DNA of 64,000 nt from an uncultured Nitrospiraceae bacterium (GCA_963730935.1 CAVSTP010000001.1:32001-96000); one strand, 5' to 3'. Shown: positions 9,226 to 21,569, counted from the stretch's first letter. A program made the numbers and translations. Notes: generated by a model from the letters alone, not told the origin.

Positions 9226-10301
9226 GTCGAGGCATTAAGGGGTGCCGCCGCGACTTTCTCCATCACCGCATGCGTGACTTGATCCACAGTCAGGCGCTTC
9301 ATGCAAGCCCGTTCCTCATAGGCCGTGGTCAAGCACTGTTTCTTGAAGCAGGGACTACAGCTGAGATCGGCTCGGAGCACCACATGGCTTGGCCCGTACG
9401 GCCCCGTTCGCCAGGGTGCAGTGGGTCCGAAGAGGGCGATGACAGACGTTCCGACCGCTGCCGCGAGATGCATGGGGCCGCTGTCCGTCGTCACCACGAC
9501 CTGCGCGCGCCGGTAGAGGGCTGCCAGTTGGTTCAAACTGGTCTTTCCGTCGAGGCGCCGATGGCGACGCGTCATGAATCCGCCGATCTCATCGAGCGCC
9601 GGGCCATCCTGTGGGCCTCCCGTAAAGACGACGCAAATGCCTTCCCCCTCGAGTCGGTCTGCCAGCGCCGCAAACGACCGGGAGTCCCAGAGCTTCGTCG
9701 GCCAACGGGCCACGGGATTCATCGCGACCATCCGATCCTGTTCTCGCACACCGCACCCACGCAGCAGGGCTGCCGCCTCGGATTCATGCTGCGCCGATAC
9801 AGGGATCTCATAGCGAAGGTCCGCGGCAGGCACTCCAATGCCCTTCAGTAACAGCAGGCTTCTGTCGATAGCGTGCTGATTCATGTCCACCGCGGGTACT
9901 CGTTCGTTGAGCGCCAGGTAACTGTACTCCGCGTGCTCCATACCTTGGCCGAACCCTGCTTTGCGCACTCCCCGGGCCAAAACCACCCACATGGCGCTCT
10001 TGAGGAGGCCTTGGAAATCGATCACGAGATCGTAGCGCGTGTCCCTCAGCTCTCGGACGAATCCCAGGAATCCGGAGAGCCCGCGGGGGACGCGGCCGGA
10101 ACGCAGGTCCTTCAGCCAGGTTTTTCGACGGGCCACCAAAACGCGGTTAACGGCCGGATGGCCGATGACGAGATCGGCGGCCGATTCTTCCACGAGCCAG
10201 GTGATCTGCGCTTCGGGAAAGTGAGCGCGCAGCGACCAGAGCGACGGGAGTGTATGAATGACATCTCCTATGGCGCTGGTTTTGACGATCAGGATGTTCA
10301 C
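9222..10301 (-). CDS. LPS heptosyltransferase, GT9 family (WaaC/WaaF-like)
   Basis: ILIVKTSAIGDVIHTLP, YDLVIDFQGLLKS, DSGPMHLAAA and LFGPT motifs. Confidence 0.9.
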   Translation of the reverse strand: MNILIVKTSAIGDVIHTLPSLWSLRAHFPEAQITWLVEESAADLVIGHPAVNRVLVARRKTWLKDLRSGRVPRGLSGFLGFVRELRDTRYDLVIDFQGLLKSAMWVVLARGVRKAGFGQGMEHAEYSYLALNERVPAVDMNQHAIDRSLLLLKGIGVPAADLRYEIPVSAQHESEAAALLRGCGVREQDRMVAMNPVARWPTKLWDSRSFAALADRLEGEGICVVFTGGPQDGPALDEIGGFMTRRHRRLDGKTSLNQLAALYRRAQVVVTTDSGPMHLAAAVGTSVIALFGPTAPWRTGPYGPSHVVLRADLSCSPCFKKQCLTTAYEERACMKRLTVDQVTHAVMEKVAAAPLNAST

Positions 10302-10377
10302 TGGTCGGATCAGACTCCCTGAGGACGCGCGGGCTGTGGTGGCGTCATCGATAGAGGCGGCAGGCGTCGAGAGGCGC

Positions 10378-11451
10378 TTACATCTTCTCGTATAACGAGC
10401 GGATCTTGTCGCGGGTAATCAGCTGCTTCCAATTCTCTCCAAGCGCGTTCTTCCACAAAGGTTCAAGCCCAAGCGCCGTATCGATCATCTTGCTCATGCC
10501 GGGTTCGTCGATCCCCTTGGTCACGCCCGTCGGCAGGTCGATCCGGTTCTTCCGGATCATCTGCTCGAATTCGCGCACATCGCGTCCGTAGTACTCGTCC
10601 AATTGGTTGAAGACGATGCAATTCCCCACGCCGTGCCTCACGCCGAGCACGTACGAGAGGCCGTACGACAGCGCGTGACAGACACCGACTTGAGAGTAGG
10701 CGATGCTCAATCCGCCAAAGTAGGACGCTACCATCAATCGCTCATCGGCAACGATACTGTCCAAGTTGTTCAGGAAGACGTCGCGGCAGATGTCACGGGC
10801 GCTCTCGGCGAAGGCACGGCTGAACTCGTTGATGAACGTCCCCTGGAGTGACTCGCAGGAGTGGATGTAGCAGTCCATCGCCGTAAAGAACCGCTGGTTC
10901 GATGGGACGCTGGCGATAAGGTCGGGGTCCATGACAATCTGGTCAAAGGGAGTAAAATCCGAATTGATGCCCAGTTTCTTGACCGGTCCCGTCAGGACGG
11001 CCGTGCGAGAAACTTCTGCCCCGCTGCCGGCCAGCGTGGGAATGCCCACATGGAAGATGGCCGGATACTTCACGAGGTCCCACCCCTGGTAGTCGGCTGC
11101 GGAGCCAGGATTGGTCAGCATGATCGACACGGACTTGGCTAGATCCATGGCGCTGCCGCCGCCGATTCCGACGATTGCATCTGGTTGCCGGTTCGAAAAC
11201 GCCTTGACCCGTTCGGTGAGTTCATCGACGTATTGCGTCTTAGGCTCCGTCCCGACGTCGACGAGGATCACGAGGTCGTTCGCACGCAGCGGCAGTTTCT
11301 CGAGGAACGCACGCTTCTCATGGACGCTGTCGATTAGAAACACGACCGGCGAGCCGGCATCGGTGCGTTGTTTGGTGAGAATGTCGCCCAACTGATTGAT
11401 GCTGCCCCGTCCGTAGATCAGTTGAGGGACCAGACGCAGATTTCGATACAT
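10378..11451 (-). CDS. kdnB: Kdo 8-oxidase (iron-containing alcohol dehydrogenase family)
   Basis: EPKT, IGGGSAMD.AK, YQGWDLV, KKLGINSD, MDCYIH..ES, VGVCHALSYG and RHG motifs; clustered with kdnA and kdsB. Alternative GTG start at 11472. Confidence 0.85.
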   Translation of the reverse strand: MYRNLRLVPQLIYGRGSINQLGDILTKQRTDAGSPVVFLIDSVHEKRAFLEKLPLRANDLVILVDVGTEPKTQYVDELTERVKAFSNRQPDAIVGIGGGSAMDLAKSVSIMLTNPGSAADYQGWDLVKYPAIFHVGIPTLAGSGAEVSRTAVLTGPVKKLGINSDFTPFDQIVMDPDLIASVPSNQRFFTAMDCYIHSCESLQGTFINEFSRAFAESARDICRDVFLNNLDSIVADERLMVASYFGGLSIAYSQVGVCHALSYGLSYVLGVRHGVGNCIVFNQLDEYYGRDVREFEQMIRKNRIDLPTGVTKGIDEPGMSKMIDTALGLEPLWKNALGENWKQLITRDKIRSLYEKM

Positions 11452-11478
11452 GCGATTGCCTTCACGCTTCACAAGAGA

Positions 11479-12237
11479 TTACCGAAACGGAAACCGTTCT
11501 GTCACGACCTGTTCAAACTCGACCGCCTGTTCGGGGGTGTCGATCTCGATCAACACTTCCTTGGTCACTCCGATTTTGATCCGATGCCCGCGTTCCATGG
11601 CGCGCAGCATCTCGAGCTTCTCGACCTGTTCGAGCCTGCCCGGCGGCAGGGTGCAGAACAGCTCGAGGAATGACGCCGTGTAGGCGTACAGTCCGAGATG
11701 AATGAGCACCGGGATGCCGGCAGCCAGTTCGGCGTCGAATGCCCCATGCGTATCGCGCAAGTACGGGATGGGCGACCGTGAAAAATAGACCGCATAGCCC
11801 TTGTCGTCACACACGAGCTTGACGTGATTCGGATTGCGGTAATCCTTATCGTAACGCAGCGGCGTGCCCAGTGTCGCCATCTCGGTATCCCGTTGAATCA
11901 GTTCAACCAATTGCCGGATCTGCCCGCCCGTCACGAGTGGTTCGTCGGCCTGGACATTGACCACGTACTTGGCCTTCAGTCGACGGTTGGCTTCGGCGAT
12001 CCGGTCGGTACCGCAGGTATGGGCCGGATCGGTCATGATGGCGTCATAACCCTCCCGACGAAGCACGTCGGCCAGGGATTCATGATCCACGGCGAAATAC
12101 AGTGGAAACTCCGGTGCCTCTTTTTTGATGCGGTCGGCCGTCCAGACAATGACGGGTTTGTCTTTGATCCGGTGCAGCAGTTTCTTCGGGAAGCGCGTCG
12201 AGCCGATACGGGCCGGGACGATAATGGCGGCGTCCAT
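11479..12237 (-). CDS. kdsB: CMP-Kdo (or CMP-Kdo8N) synthetase
   Basis: IVPARIGSTRFP.K, GTDRIAE, VNVQADEP, YFSRSPIP, HLGLYAY, EKLE.LR and IDTPE motifs. Alternative TTG start at 12261. Confidence 0.93.
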   Translation of the reverse strand: MDAAIIVPARIGSTRFPKKLLHRIKDKPVIVWTADRIKKEAPEFPLYFAVDHESLADVLRREGYDAIMTDPAHTCGTDRIAEANRRLKAKYVVNVQADEPLVTGGQIRQLVELIQRDTEMATLGTPLRYDKDYRNPNHVKLVCDDKGYAVYFSRSPIPYLRDTHGAFDAELAAGIPVLIHLGLYAYTASFLELFCTLPPGRLEQVEKLEMLRAMERGHRIKIGVTKEVLIEIDTPEQAVEFEQVVTERFPFR

Positions 12238-12272
12238 CAAGTTCTGCTTTCGATTGGCCAACGGAGACGGGG

Positions 12273-13457
12273 TCAGGCCAAAGCGGATTTCATTCGCGCG
12301 AGTCTATCACGCACCTGCTCCGGCGTCCACCGCAGTTTGACCAACATGGAAATGGTCCGGCTCATGAACGCGTCGGACTGCGGCAACTCGATCTTCGTGA
12401 GATCGGTCCCGTATCCAAAGCGGTCAATGGGCAGCCGCCCGGGTGATGCCAGGGTCTTAATGTGGTCCCATTTCCGGTGGTAGTGCCAATTGTTGTCGTA
12501 CCAGTAAAAGCATCCGTCGACGCCCGCGGCTGCCAGCGCCTTGGCGGCCTGCCGCGCCTCATCCTCGGTGGGCAATAGGAAACTCAGAAAGGTGGCCGAA
12601 TCACCGGCTGGATCGGGCAAGGTCCGAAACTCGAGACGGCGAAGGCCTGTAAGCCCCTCTTTGAGGATGGCTTTGTGGCGGCGCTGCACTTCCAGGATAT
12701 GGTCCAATCGGGCGAGTTGCGCCACACCGACCGCCGCATGAAGCTCGCTGAGTCTGTAGTTGATGCCGATGTGCGGATGTTGGTCGGCCCCTCGATCGGC
12801 GCCGAGATGATCGTGGCCGTGATCGGTGAAGGCTTGCGCCAGGCGATAGGCCTCCTCGTCGTCGGTGAGGATGGCCCCACCTTCACCACACGTGATAGTT
12901 TTGACATAGTCGAAAGAAAAACATCCCACCTTCCCGAAGGTTCCCAACGTTCGCCCGCGAAACGCCGCTCCGGCCGCCTGGGCCACGTCTTCGATCAGCG
13001 TGAGGTGATGTCTGCGGCAGACGTCTTCGAGCGCGTCGATTTGCGCCATGGCACCGCACATGTGTACGACCAGGACGGCCTTCGTTTTTGGCGTGATGGC
13101 CCTCTGCACTGACTGCGGATCCAGACACAGCGTCTGGTCAATCTCCGCAAAGACAGGGACGGCGCCCGCGAGCAGGACAGTTTCCAGATCGGCGACGAAG
13201 GTAAACGGGGGAAGGATGACTTCGTCGCCCGCTCCGACACCGCAGGCCGCCAGTGCCGTGCTGAGGGCTGCGGTGCCGCTTGAGCAGACATGGGCATAGC
13301 GGGCTCCAAACCGCACCGCCAATCGCTGTTCGAGTTCGCGGCATTTCCATTGGCCGTTTCTGGCCCCGTCGAAGCCGTAGCGCATCAACACGCCCGAGTC
13401 GAGCACTTCCTGAACTTGCCGTCGTTCGTCTTCCCCGATCAATTCAAATCCCGGCAT
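12273..13457 (-). CDS. kdnA: 8-amino-3,8-dideoxy-D-manno-octulosonate transaminase (DegT/DnrJ PLP family)
   Basis: MPGFEL start, SSGTAAL, VHMCG, SFD.VKTITCGEGG, DHGHDH.G.DRGA, GVDGCFYWY.NNWHY and MSRTISML closely recall Shewanella KdnA. Confidence 0.88.
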   Translation of the reverse strand: MPGFELIGEDERRQVQEVLDSGVLMRYGFDGARNGQWKCRELEQRLAVRFGARYAHVCSSGTAALSTALAACGVGAGDEVILPPFTFVADLETVLLAGAVPVFAEIDQTLCLDPQSVQRAITPKTKAVLVVHMCGAMAQIDALEDVCRRHHLTLIEDVAQAAGAAFRGRTLGTFGKVGCFSFDYVKTITCGEGGAILTDDEEAYRLAQAFTDHGHDHLGADRGADQHPHIGINYRLSELHAAVGVAQLARLDHILEVQRRHKAILKEGLTGLRRLEFRTLPDPAGDSATFLSFLLPTEDEARQAAKALAAAGVDGCFYWYDNNWHYHRKWDHIKTLASPGRLPIDRFGYGTDLTKIELPQSDAFMSRTISMLVKLRWTPEQVRDRLARMKSALA

Positions 13458-13469
13458 CGTGTTCCTCTA

Positions 13470-14024
13470 TTACAGTGCTCCAGCAGCTTGCGCTTCTTTG
13501 ACAAATGACGCGATGCAGTCCCGGACGCCGTGCTCGATCAGCGAGCCGCTTTTCATCCAGTCTTTGACTTGCTGGTGCTCCGACCGGCAGGAGGTCGTGA
13601 ACCCCGGAGCTCCCTCGCGCGCGACCAGGAACGTGGTCTCGATCTTGAACAGTTGATCGTGCTGGCCGACATAATCGAGATAAAACTGCTCGATGTTGCC
13701 TGAGACGGCTCTTGATGAGTCCGGCCCGGGTTCGTAACCCGCGAGGACCAACTCCTTCGTGAGCGCAGCGGCGAAAAACTCACCGATGTCCTGCGAGAGA
13801 AACAGGACCTCGGGGTCCTTCTGGCCCGATTCCACTTCCTTTTGTCGCATGAGGCCGGTCGGATGCCCGGCATAGGTGAAGACACTCACTCGAACAGGCC
13901 CGCTGCCTTTGAGCGATGCCGAAGGCTGATAATCCAAATACAACACGCGCGGACAGCCGGTCAGCACCGTCACAGCTACGAGGGCAGCGGAGATCCGTTG
14001 GACCATCAGACAATGTGAGGTCAT
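13470..14024 (-). CDS. Hypothetical lipoprotein
   Basis: Lipobox LTGC; co-oriented between mdtC and kdnA. Confidence 0.7.
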   Translation of the reverse strand: MTSHCLMVQRISAALVAVTVLTGCPRVLYLDYQPSASLKGSGPVRVSVFTYAGHPTGLMRQKEVESGQKDPEVLFLSQDIGEFFAAALTKELVLAGYEPGPDSSRAVSGNIEQFYLDYVGQHDQLFKIETTFLVAREGAPGFTTSCRSEHQQVKDWMKSGSLIEHGVRDCIASFVKEAQAAGAL

Positions 14025-14110
14025 GCGAGTCGGCTGTGTCGAAGCCTACGGAGAGAGACGCCATCTGTCAATAGCGAATGGCATAGGTGAGAAGGGGAGA
14101 CCCGCTGACA

Positions 14111-17100
14111 TTATTGAGGGAGGGGTTTGGCTTCGACCCGGTGAGGGTGCCGCCGCAGGAAACGTAGGCGTATCCGGTCGAGATAGAGATAGACCACGGG
14201 CGTCGTGTAGAGCGTCAACAACTGGCTCACCAGGAGACCGCCCACGATGGCAATGCCAAGCGGCCGGCGTAGCTCGGAGCCGACTCCGGTGCCTAGCGCC
14301 AGCGGCAGGGCGCCAAACAGCGCGGCCATGGTCGTCATCATGATGGGTCTGAAGCGCAGCAGGCAGGCCTCGAAGATCGCCTGGTCCGGCTGCTTGCCTT
14401 CTTTCCGCTCGGCGTCTAACGCAAAGTCGATCATCATGATGGCGTTTTTCTTCACGATGCCGATCAAGAGAATGATGCCGATCAAGGCAATCATGCTCAA
14501 TTCGGTCTTGAATAGCAGGAGTGCTAGCAACGCGCCCACCCCGGCGGACGGCAACGTGGATAGAATCGTCAATGGATGGACGTAGCTCTCGTAGAGGATG
14601 CCCAGCACGATATAGACGGTGACCAGCGCCGCGAGAATAAGAATCGGCTGGTTGCCAAGCGAGGACTGAAAGGCCCTCGCTGTTCCTTGAAAGCTGCCTC
14701 GCACACCGTCAGGAAGGCCGATTTCGTTCATTGCTCGCTCGATTGCTGCGACGGCGTCACCAAGAGACAATCCCGGCGCGATCGCAAAAGACAGCGTGAC
14801 TCCCGGGAATTGACCATGATGATTGACCGACAAGATCGTATTTGACGGTTCGAACCGCGCCACCGCGCTCAGCGGGATCTGCGCTCCGGTCTGCGAGCGC
14901 ACGTAAATGTCATGCAGCGTGGCGGGATCTTGCCAGTACTGGGGGGCGACTTCCATCACCACATGGTATTGATTGAGCGGCGTATACAGGATGGCCACCT
15001 GGCGTTGCCCGAAGGCATCGTACAGCGTGTCGTCGATGAGTTGGGGACTTACCCCGAGCCGCGACGCCGTCAGTCGGTCGAAGACCACCAGCGACTGCTG
15101 TCCTTTGTCCTGCTGGTCGCTGTTCACATCGGTAATCTCCGGGAGCATCCGCAAATGACGTTCCACTTTGGGAGCCCAGGTGTTCAATTCGGCAAGGTCC
15201 ACGCTCTGCAGCGTATACTGGTATTGAGCGCTGCTTGCCCGGCCGCCGATGCGCAAATCCTGGATCGCTTGTAGCACGGTCGGCGCTCCCGGAACTTGCG
15301 CGAGCTTCGGACGCAGCCGTGCTATGACCTGGTCCACACTTAGCCGCCGTTCATGAAGCGGCTTGAGGCCGATGAACATCCGGGCGGAATTCGTGCTCCC
15401 TGGTCCGCTGAATCCCGTCACCGTCTCGACGGCTGGGTCGTTACTGATGATATTCAGCACTTCTGTCAATTTCTGGCGAATGACGGCAAAGGAAATGTCC
15501 TCCGCAGCCTGAATAGACCCGGAAATGCGGCCGGTATCCTGTTGAGGGAAAAAGCCCTTGGGAATGATGGTATAGAGATACACACTCAGTACCATCGTCC
15601 CGAGGGTCAAAGCCAGCATGCTGCCGGGATGATGGAGAACCCATCCCAAGCTGCGTGCATACCCGTTTCGCATGCCGTTAAACATCCGCTCGCTCACACG
15701 ATACCACCGTCCGTGAGTGCGACTGGCTTGGAGTGTTAATACCCTGGCGCACATCATGGGGGTGGTAGTAAGTGAGACGACTAGCGACATCAGAATCGCG
15801 ACCGACAGCGTCACGGCAAATTCTCGAAACAGCCGTCCCATCATGCCGCCCATGAACAGGATCGGTACGAAGACGGCCACCAGCGAAAGCGTCATCGAGA
15901 GGACGGTGAAGGTGATTTCCCGGGCGCCCCGAACGGCGGCTTCGAGCGGGGCCATGCCCTGTTCACGGTACCGGCTGATATTTTCCAGGACGACGATCGC
16001 GTCGTCGACCACGAATCCCGTGGCGATGGTCAACGCCATGAGCGACAGATTATCGAGACTGTACCCAATGAGGTACATGACGGCGAACGTGCTGATCAAG
16101 GACACCGGTACTACGACCGAGGGTATCAGCGTCGCGCGCACGTCCCGAAGGAAAAAGAACACAACGAGGATCACGAGAAGCACCGAGATGGCAAGCGTCC
16201 GTTCCACATCGTGCAGCGATGCCCGAATCACCGGTGTGCGGTCCACCACCACGGCGAGGCTCATGCTTCCGGGGATCGAGGCTTCCAGTTGAGGCAGTAA
16301 AGCCCGGACGCGATCGGCGGTTGCAATGATGTTGGCTCCCGGTTGACGGTTAATGACGAGCAGAACCGCGGGGATCCCGTTCGCGAGCCCTGTCGTCCGG
16401 ACGTCTTCGACTGAATGCTCGACGGTCGCAATGTCCGAAAGCCTTACCGCCCGGCCCTCGCGATAGCTCACGATCAAAGGAAGATAATCCTCTACTGCTT
16501 GCAATTGATCGTTGACCTTGATTTCCCAAGTGCGGGTCGCATCGCTGAGCTGCCCTTTGGGGCGGTTCACATTCGTTCGACTCAGGACCTGCCGCACTTC
16601 GCCCAATCCGATGCCGTACTTGTTCAGCGCCGTTGGGTTAAGGTCGACGCGCACGGCAGGGAGCGAGCCACCGCCCACGTGTACCAGCCCCACACCGTCG
16701 ATTTGGGCCAGTTTCTGTTGGAGGATACTCGTGGCCACGTCGTACATGTGGCCTCGGCTCACGATGTCCGAGGTCAGCGACAGAATTAAGATGGGCGCAT
16801 CGGCCGGATTCACCTTCCAATAACGCGGGTTGCCCGGCAGGGCTGCAGGGAGATCGGCTTTCGCGGCCGCGATGGCGGCCTGAACGTCCCGTGCGGCGCC
16901 GTTGATGTCGCGGCTCAGATCAAATTGAAGCGTGATCGTTGTTGAACCAAGTGAACTCCCTGAGGTCATCTCCGTGACGCCTGCTATCCGTGTAAATTGA
17001 CGCTCGAGGGGAGCCGCCACCGATGTCGCCATGGTTTCGGGGCTGGCTCCAGGAAGGTTGGCGCTAACGTTGATGGTTGGAAACTCCACCTGAGGGAGCG

Positions 17101-17206
17101 CGGCGACGGGAAGAAAACGGAATGCGACGATGCCCACGAGCGTGACGCCGATCGTCAGGAGGGTGGTCGCGACAGGCCGATGAATAAAGGTCGCCGTAAT
17201 ATTCAT
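14111..17206 (-). CDS. mdtC: RND efflux transporter subunit, MdtC-like
   Basis: [51 protein letters not shown] and RFRPIMMTT motifs. Confidence 0.9.
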   Translation of the reverse strand: MNITATFIHRPVATTLLTIGVTLVGIVAFRFLPVAALPQVEFPTINVSANLPGASPETMATSVAAPLERQFTRIAGVTEMTSGSSLGSTTITLQFDLSRDINGAARDVQAAIAAAKADLPAALPGNPRYWKVNPADAPILILSLTSDIVSRGHMYDVATSILQQKLAQIDGVGLVHVGGGSLPAVRVDLNPTALNKYGIGLGEVRQVLSRTNVNRPKGQLSDATRTWEIKVNDQLQAVEDYLPLIVSYREGRAVRLSDIATVEHSVEDVRTTGLANGIPAVLLVINRQPGANIIATADRVRALLPQLEASIPGSMSLAVVVDRTPVIRASLHDVERTLAISVLLVILVVFFFLRDVRATLIPSVVVPVSLISTFAVMYLIGYSLDNLSLMALTIATGFVVDDAIVVLENISRYREQGMAPLEAAVRGAREITFTVLSMTLSLVAVFVPILFMGGMMGRLFREFAVTLSVAILMSLVVSLTTTPMMCARVLTLQASRTHGRWYRVSERMFNGMRNGYARSLGWVLHHPGSMLALTLGTMVLSVYLYTIIPKGFFPQQDTGRISGSIQAAEDISFAVIRQKLTEVLNIISNDPAVETVTGFSGPGSTNSARMFIGLKPLHERRLSVDQVIARLRPKLAQVPGAPTVLQAIQDLRIGGRASSAQYQYTLQSVDLAELNTWAPKVERHLRMLPEITDVNSDQQDKGQQSLVVFDRLTASRLGVSPQLIDDTLYDAFGQRQVAILYTPLNQYHVVMEVAPQYWQDPATLHDIYVRSQTGAQIPLSAVARFEPSNTILSVNHHGQFPGVTLSFAIAPGLSLGDAVAAIERAMNEIGLPDGVRGSFQGTARAFQSSLGNQPILILAALVTVYIVLGILYESYVHPLTILSTLPSAGVGALLALLLFKTELSMIALIGIILLIGIVKKNAIMMIDFALDAERKEGKQPDQAIFEACLLRFRPIMMTTMAALFGALPLALGTGVGSELRRPLGIAIVGGLLVSQLLTLYTTPVVYLYLDRIRLRFLRRHPHRVEAKPLPQ

Positions 17207-20200
17207 GCCGAGCCGGGGGTCAAAAGTGGAGCCTGCGGCTCTGACATGCGGCGGGCATTGACGCGGCGGGCCAACCGGTCAAACGCCAGATAGACGACAG
17301 GCGTCGTATAGAGCGTCAGCACCTGACTGAGGATAAGGCCGCCGACGATGGCGATGCCGAGCGGATGCCGCAATTCCGAGCCCACGCCCGACCCGATCGC
17401 CAAGGGCAGCGCGCCGAGCAGGGCGGCCATGGTCGTCATCATGATCGGCCGGAAGCGAAGGAGACAGGCCTCGTAGATCGCTTCGGTCGGCGGTTTGCCG
17501 TCTTTGCGCTCTGCATCGAGTGCGAAGTCGATCATCATGATCGCATTTTTTTTCACGATGCCGATCAGCAGAATGATGCCGATCAGCGCAATCACGCTGA
17601 ATTCAGTGTTGAAGAGCATCAGTGCTAGCAGCGCGCCGACGCCGGCGGAGGGCAGCGTGGACAGAATCGTGAGCGGATGGATATAGCTCTCGTAGAGGAT
17701 GCCGAGCACGATGTACACCGTCACCAGCGCCGCGAGAATCAGCCACGTTTCGTTTCCCAAGGAGGCCTGAAACGCCTGGGCGGTCCCCTGGAAGCTTCCG
17801 TGAACGCTGGCGGGCAGGCCGATGCGTTCCGCGGCCTGCTCGATCGCGTCGACGGCCTCGCCGAGCGAATAGCCCGGAGCCAGATTGAAGGAGAGCGTGA
17901 CAGAAGGGAATTGCCCTTGACGGCTGATGACCAACGGCGTGGTGATCTCGGTAATTTGGGTAAACACGTTCAAGGGCACCTGGCCTCCGGTCAAGGAACG
18001 GATGTCCAGAAATTGGAGTGCCTGGGGGCCGCTCTGAAATTCCGGCATGACCTCGAGCACCACCCGGTACTGGTTCAACTGGGTGAACATCGTGGACACC
18101 TGCCGTTGCCCGAAGGCATCGTAGAGAGTGTCGACGATCACTTGCGGTGTAATACCAAGGCGCGAGGCCGTGCTTCGGTCGATCACCAGCAGTGAGGCCA
18201 GGCCCTGGTCCTGCTGATCGCTGCTGACATCGCGCAGCGCCGGAAGCTTCTGTAGTTCCTCGACCAAGGCGGGCGCCCATCGGCTCAATTCCTTGGGGTC
18301 GGCGTCTTCCAGCGTGTATTGATACTGCGTGCGGCTGACGCGGTCTTCGACCGTTAGGTCCTGCATCGGCTGAAGGTACAACGTGATGCCGTCGACGGCG
18401 GTGGCTGCCTGCTGCAACCTCAAAATCACGTCCTGCGCGCTCTCCCGGCGTTTGTCGAACGGCTTGAGATTGATCTGGACCCGTCCGCTGTTGAGCGTCG
18501 TGTTGATGCCGTCCACTCCGATAAAGGACGACAGGCTCGAGACGGCCGGATCCGCAAGGATGGCGGCAACCAGCGCCTGTTGTCGCTCGACCATGGCGAC
18601 GAAGGAAATAGATTGAGGCGCCTCCGAAATGCCGAGCAGCACGCCGGTGTCCTGCACGGGGAAGAAGCCCTTGGGGATGGCGACGTACATTAAGATTGTG
18701 ACCACGAGCGTGACGACCGCCACGGTCAACGTCGCCGGCTGGTGATTGAGCACCCAGCGAAGGGTCCGCCCATAGGCGGCGATCGTCCGATCAAAGACGG
18801 TTTGAGACCATCGATAAAACGCGTTCTGCTCCGTGTCGTGTCGGTAACGGAGCAGGCGGGCGCACATCATCGGCGTTAAGGTCAGTGAGACGATGGCGGA
18901 AATCACGATCGTCATGCTCAGCGTCACGGCGAATTCCCGGAACAGTCGGCCGACGACGTCGCCCATGAACAGGAGCGGGATCAGCACGGCAATGAGCGAA
19001 ATAGACAGCGAAAGAATGGTGAACGCGATCTGTTGGGATCCCTTGAGGGCAGCTTGTAGCGGCGAATCGCCGCGCTCGATGTACCGGGAAATGTTCTCGA
19101 TCATGACGATCGCATCGTCGACGACGAATCCAGTGGAGATCGTGAGCGCCATCAGCGTCAGATTGTTCAGGCTGAATCCCATGAGGTACATCGCCGCGAA
19201 GGTGCCGATTAGCGACAGCGGGACGGCTGCGGCGGGAATAACGGTGGCCGACAGGGTGCGGAGGAATAGAAAAATGACCATCACGACGAGCCCGACTGCG
19301 AGCATGAGTTCAAACTGGACGTCACGGACCGAGGCGCGGATCGACGTCGTCCGGTCGGTCAAGACGGTCACCTGCACCGAGGAGGGCAGGGTGCTCTGCA
19401 ATTGAGGTAGGAGCTTCTTGATGCGGTCGGAGACTTCAATGACGTTCGCGCCCGGCTGCCGCTGGATATTCACCAGCACGGCCCGAGTCTCGTTCATCCA
19501 GGCCGCTTGTCTCACGTTCTCGACGTCATCGGCGACCTCCGCCACGTCGGAGATGTGCACCGGGCCGCCATTACGATAGGCGATGATGAGCGGCTCATAG
19601 TCGCGGCTCGACAACAATTGATCGGTGGCATTGATGATGGATGACCGCCGGGGCCCGTCGAAGCCGCCTTTGGCTTGGTTGACGTTGGCTGCAGCCACGG
19701 TTGCCCGCAAATCCTCGAGCGTCAGTCCGTAGGCCGACAGCGCCCGGGGGTTGGCGCGAATGCGTACGGCCGGACGCTGTCCGCCTCCGAGGCTGACCAA
19801 GCCGACGCCCGACAGTTGGGAGATCTTCTGCGCGAACCGCGTCTCGGCCAGATCTTCGATCTGGGACAGCGGCAACGTGGGAGAAGTCAGTGCCAGCGTC
19901 AAAATGGGTGCGTCGGCCGGATTGACCTTGCTATAGATCGGCGGATTCGGGATGTCGCGCGGGAGAAACGTTGATGCCGCATTGATCGCCGCCTGCACCT
20001 GCTGCTCGGCGATGTCCAGGCTCAGGTCCAGCGAAAACTGCAGCGTGACGACGGAACTGCCGCCGGAACTTGTCGACGTCATCTGATTGAGTCCTGGCAT
20101 CTGTCCAAACTGCCGTTCGAGCGGCGCCGTGACGGACGACGCCATCACGTCGGGACTGGCGCCGGGGTACAAGGTGAGTACTTGAATGGTCGGGTAATCG

Positions 20201-20319
20201 ATCTGAGGCAGCGCGGAAACAGGCAACTGGCGGTACGCAATGGCGCCGGCCAAGAGAATTGCAACCATGGTCAGCGCAGTCGCCACCGGTCGCATGATGA
20301 ACAGACGGGACGGGTTCAC
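17203..20319 (-). CDS. mdtB: RND efflux transporter subunit, MdtB-like
   Basis: [37 protein letters not shown] and [10 protein letters not shown] motifs. Confidence 0.92.
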   Translation of the reverse strand: MNPSRLFIMRPVATALTMVAILLAGAIAYRQLPVSALPQIDYPTIQVLTLYPGASPDVMASSVTAPLERQFGQMPGLNQMTSTSSGGSSVVTLQFSLDLSLDIAEQQVQAAINAASTFLPRDIPNPPIYSKVNPADAPILTLALTSPTLPLSQIEDLAETRFAQKISQLSGVGLVSLGGGQRPAVRIRANPRALSAYGLTLEDLRATVAAANVNQAKGGFDGPRRSSIINATDQLLSSRDYEPLIIAYRNGGPVHISDVAEVADDVENVRQAAWMNETRAVLVNIQRQPGANVIEVSDRIKKLLPQLQSTLPSSVQVTVLTDRTTSIRASVRDVQFELMLAVGLVVMVIFLFLRTLSATVIPAAAVPLSLIGTFAAMYLMGFSLNNLTLMALTISTGFVVDDAIVMIENISRYIERGDSPLQAALKGSQQIAFTILSLSISLIAVLIPLLFMGDVVGRLFREFAVTLSMTIVISAIVSLTLTPMMCARLLRYRHDTEQNAFYRWSQTVFDRTIAAYGRTLRWVLNHQPATLTVAVVTLVVTILMYVAIPKGFFPVQDTGVLLGISEAPQSISFVAMVERQQALVAAILADPAVSSLSSFIGVDGINTTLNSGRVQINLKPFDKRRESAQDVILRLQQAATAVDGITLYLQPMQDLTVEDRVSRTQYQYTLEDADPKELSRWAPALVEELQKLPALRDVSSDQQDQGLASLLVIDRSTASRLGITPQVIVDTLYDAFGQRQVSTMFTQLNQYRVVLEVMPEFQSGPQALQFLDIRSLTGGQVPLNVFTQITEITTPLVISRQGQFPSVTLSFNLAPGYSLGEAVDAIEQAAERIGLPASVHGSFQGTAQAFQASLGNETWLILAALVTVYIVLGILYESYIHPLTILSTLPSAGVGALLALMLFNTEFSVIALIGIILLIGIVKKNAIMMIDFALDAERKDGKPPTEAIYEACLLRFRPIMMTTMAALLGALPLAIGSGVGSELRHPLGIAIVGGLILSQVLTLYTTPVVYLAFDRLARRVNARRMSEPQAPLLTPGSA

Positions 20320-21542
20320 GGGGCGTTTCCTCTGCGCGGCGAGGCGGTGGCAGGCGGCGCCTCGGCCTGGGCGGCGGGCTTCTCATCCCGGTTGCGTACC
20401 TCGACCTTGCTGCCCTCGCGCAATTTCTCCGTCCCGTCCACGACGACGAGTTCATCCGGCGCAAGGCCGGTGTTGATGGAGGCGTCCTCGCCATGTGATA
20501 TGCCGAGGGTCACAGGCCGGACGGCGACCGTCTTGTCCTCCTTTACCACATACACGAAGGTGCCTTTGGCCCCGCGTTGGACGGCAGCGGACGGGACAAG
20601 GGTTACCGCGTGCTTCACCTCCAACAACAGCCGTGCATTGACGAACTGATTGGGAAACAGAGCGCCGTCCTCGTTGGGGAAGACGGCCTTGAGACGCACG
20701 GTGCCCGTGTTGGGATCGATCTGGTTATCGACGGTCAACAGCATCCCGGTCGCGAGTTTGTTTTTCTGTTCACGGTCAAAGGCGTCTACGCTCAATTGCT
20801 GGCCGGCTTTCAGTCGTTCCAGCACCGCCGGCAGATTGTCCTCGGGAATTGTGAAGACTACGGTAATGGGCGTCAGTTGGGTAATGACCAACAGTCCATT
20901 GCTGTCGTTCGCACGGACCATGTTGCCCTGGTCCACCAGCCGCAGGCCGACACGGCCGCTGATGGGTGCTGTGATCCGGCTGTAGACCAATTGCAGCTTC
21001 ACATTGTCGATCTGCCCTTGATCGGTTTTCACGATCCCTTCCGATTGACGGACTATGGCATCTTGCGTATCCAACTGCTGCTTGGGAACGAAACCTTGTT
21101 GGTACAGTCCTTTATAACGTTCGTAGTCCAGCTTGGCATTTTTCAATTGCGCCTGGTCGCGCGCCATTTGCCCTTCGGCTTGAATCAACTGCACTTCGAA
21201 CGGGCGGGGATCAATCTGGGCCAGCAGCTCGCCGCTTTGAACGATCTGTCCCTCCTGGAAGAGCACCTTCATGAGTTGTCCGTCGACCCGGCTTTTCACG
21301 TTGACCGTATTCAACGGGACCACGGAACCCAGGCCGTTGAGATACACGCCGATGTCGCCGATACGCGCCGCAGCTGCGAGCACCGGCATCGAGCGTGCGC
21401 CGACCGGCGTCTGCCCTGCCCGAGAAGGCTCTTCACCCGACTTGGCCAACAGGACGTATCCTGCCAGGGCCAGGAAGCATGCGGCCGCCAGTCCGAGGAG
21501 ACCTCGCTTGACGGAGGTTGCAAAGTGAGTGGAGTCAGGCAT
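20316..21542 (-). CDS. mdtA: RND membrane fusion protein, MdtA-like
   Basis: [47 protein letters not shown] and LFPNQFVN motifs. Confidence 0.92.
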   Translation of the reverse strand: MPDSTHFATSVKRGLLGLAAACFLALAGYVLLAKSGEEPSRAGQTPVGARSMPVLAAAARIGDIGVYLNGLGSVVPLNTVNVKSRVDGQLMKVLFQEGQIVQSGELLAQIDPRPFEVQLIQAEGQMARDQAQLKNAKLDYERYKGLYQQGFVPKQQLDTQDAIVRQSEGIVKTDQGQIDNVKLQLVYSRITAPISGRVGLRLVDQGNMVRANDSNGLLVITQLTPITVVFTIPEDNLPAVLERLKAGQQLSVDAFDREQKNKLATGMLLTVDNQIDPNTGTVRLKAVFPNEDGALFPNQFVNARLLLEVKHAVTLVPSAAVQRGAKGTFVYVVKEDKTVAVRPVTLGISHGEDASINTGLAPDELVVVDGTEKLREGSKVEVRNRDEKPAAQAEAPPATASPRRGNAP

Positions 21543-21569
21543 GCTGTCCTTTATGGGCCGGCCGGCGCA

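Noticed and set aside
14111..20319. Repeated DNA between the two RND genes
   Set aside because: Ordinary mdtB/mdtC paralogy, not a mobile repeat.
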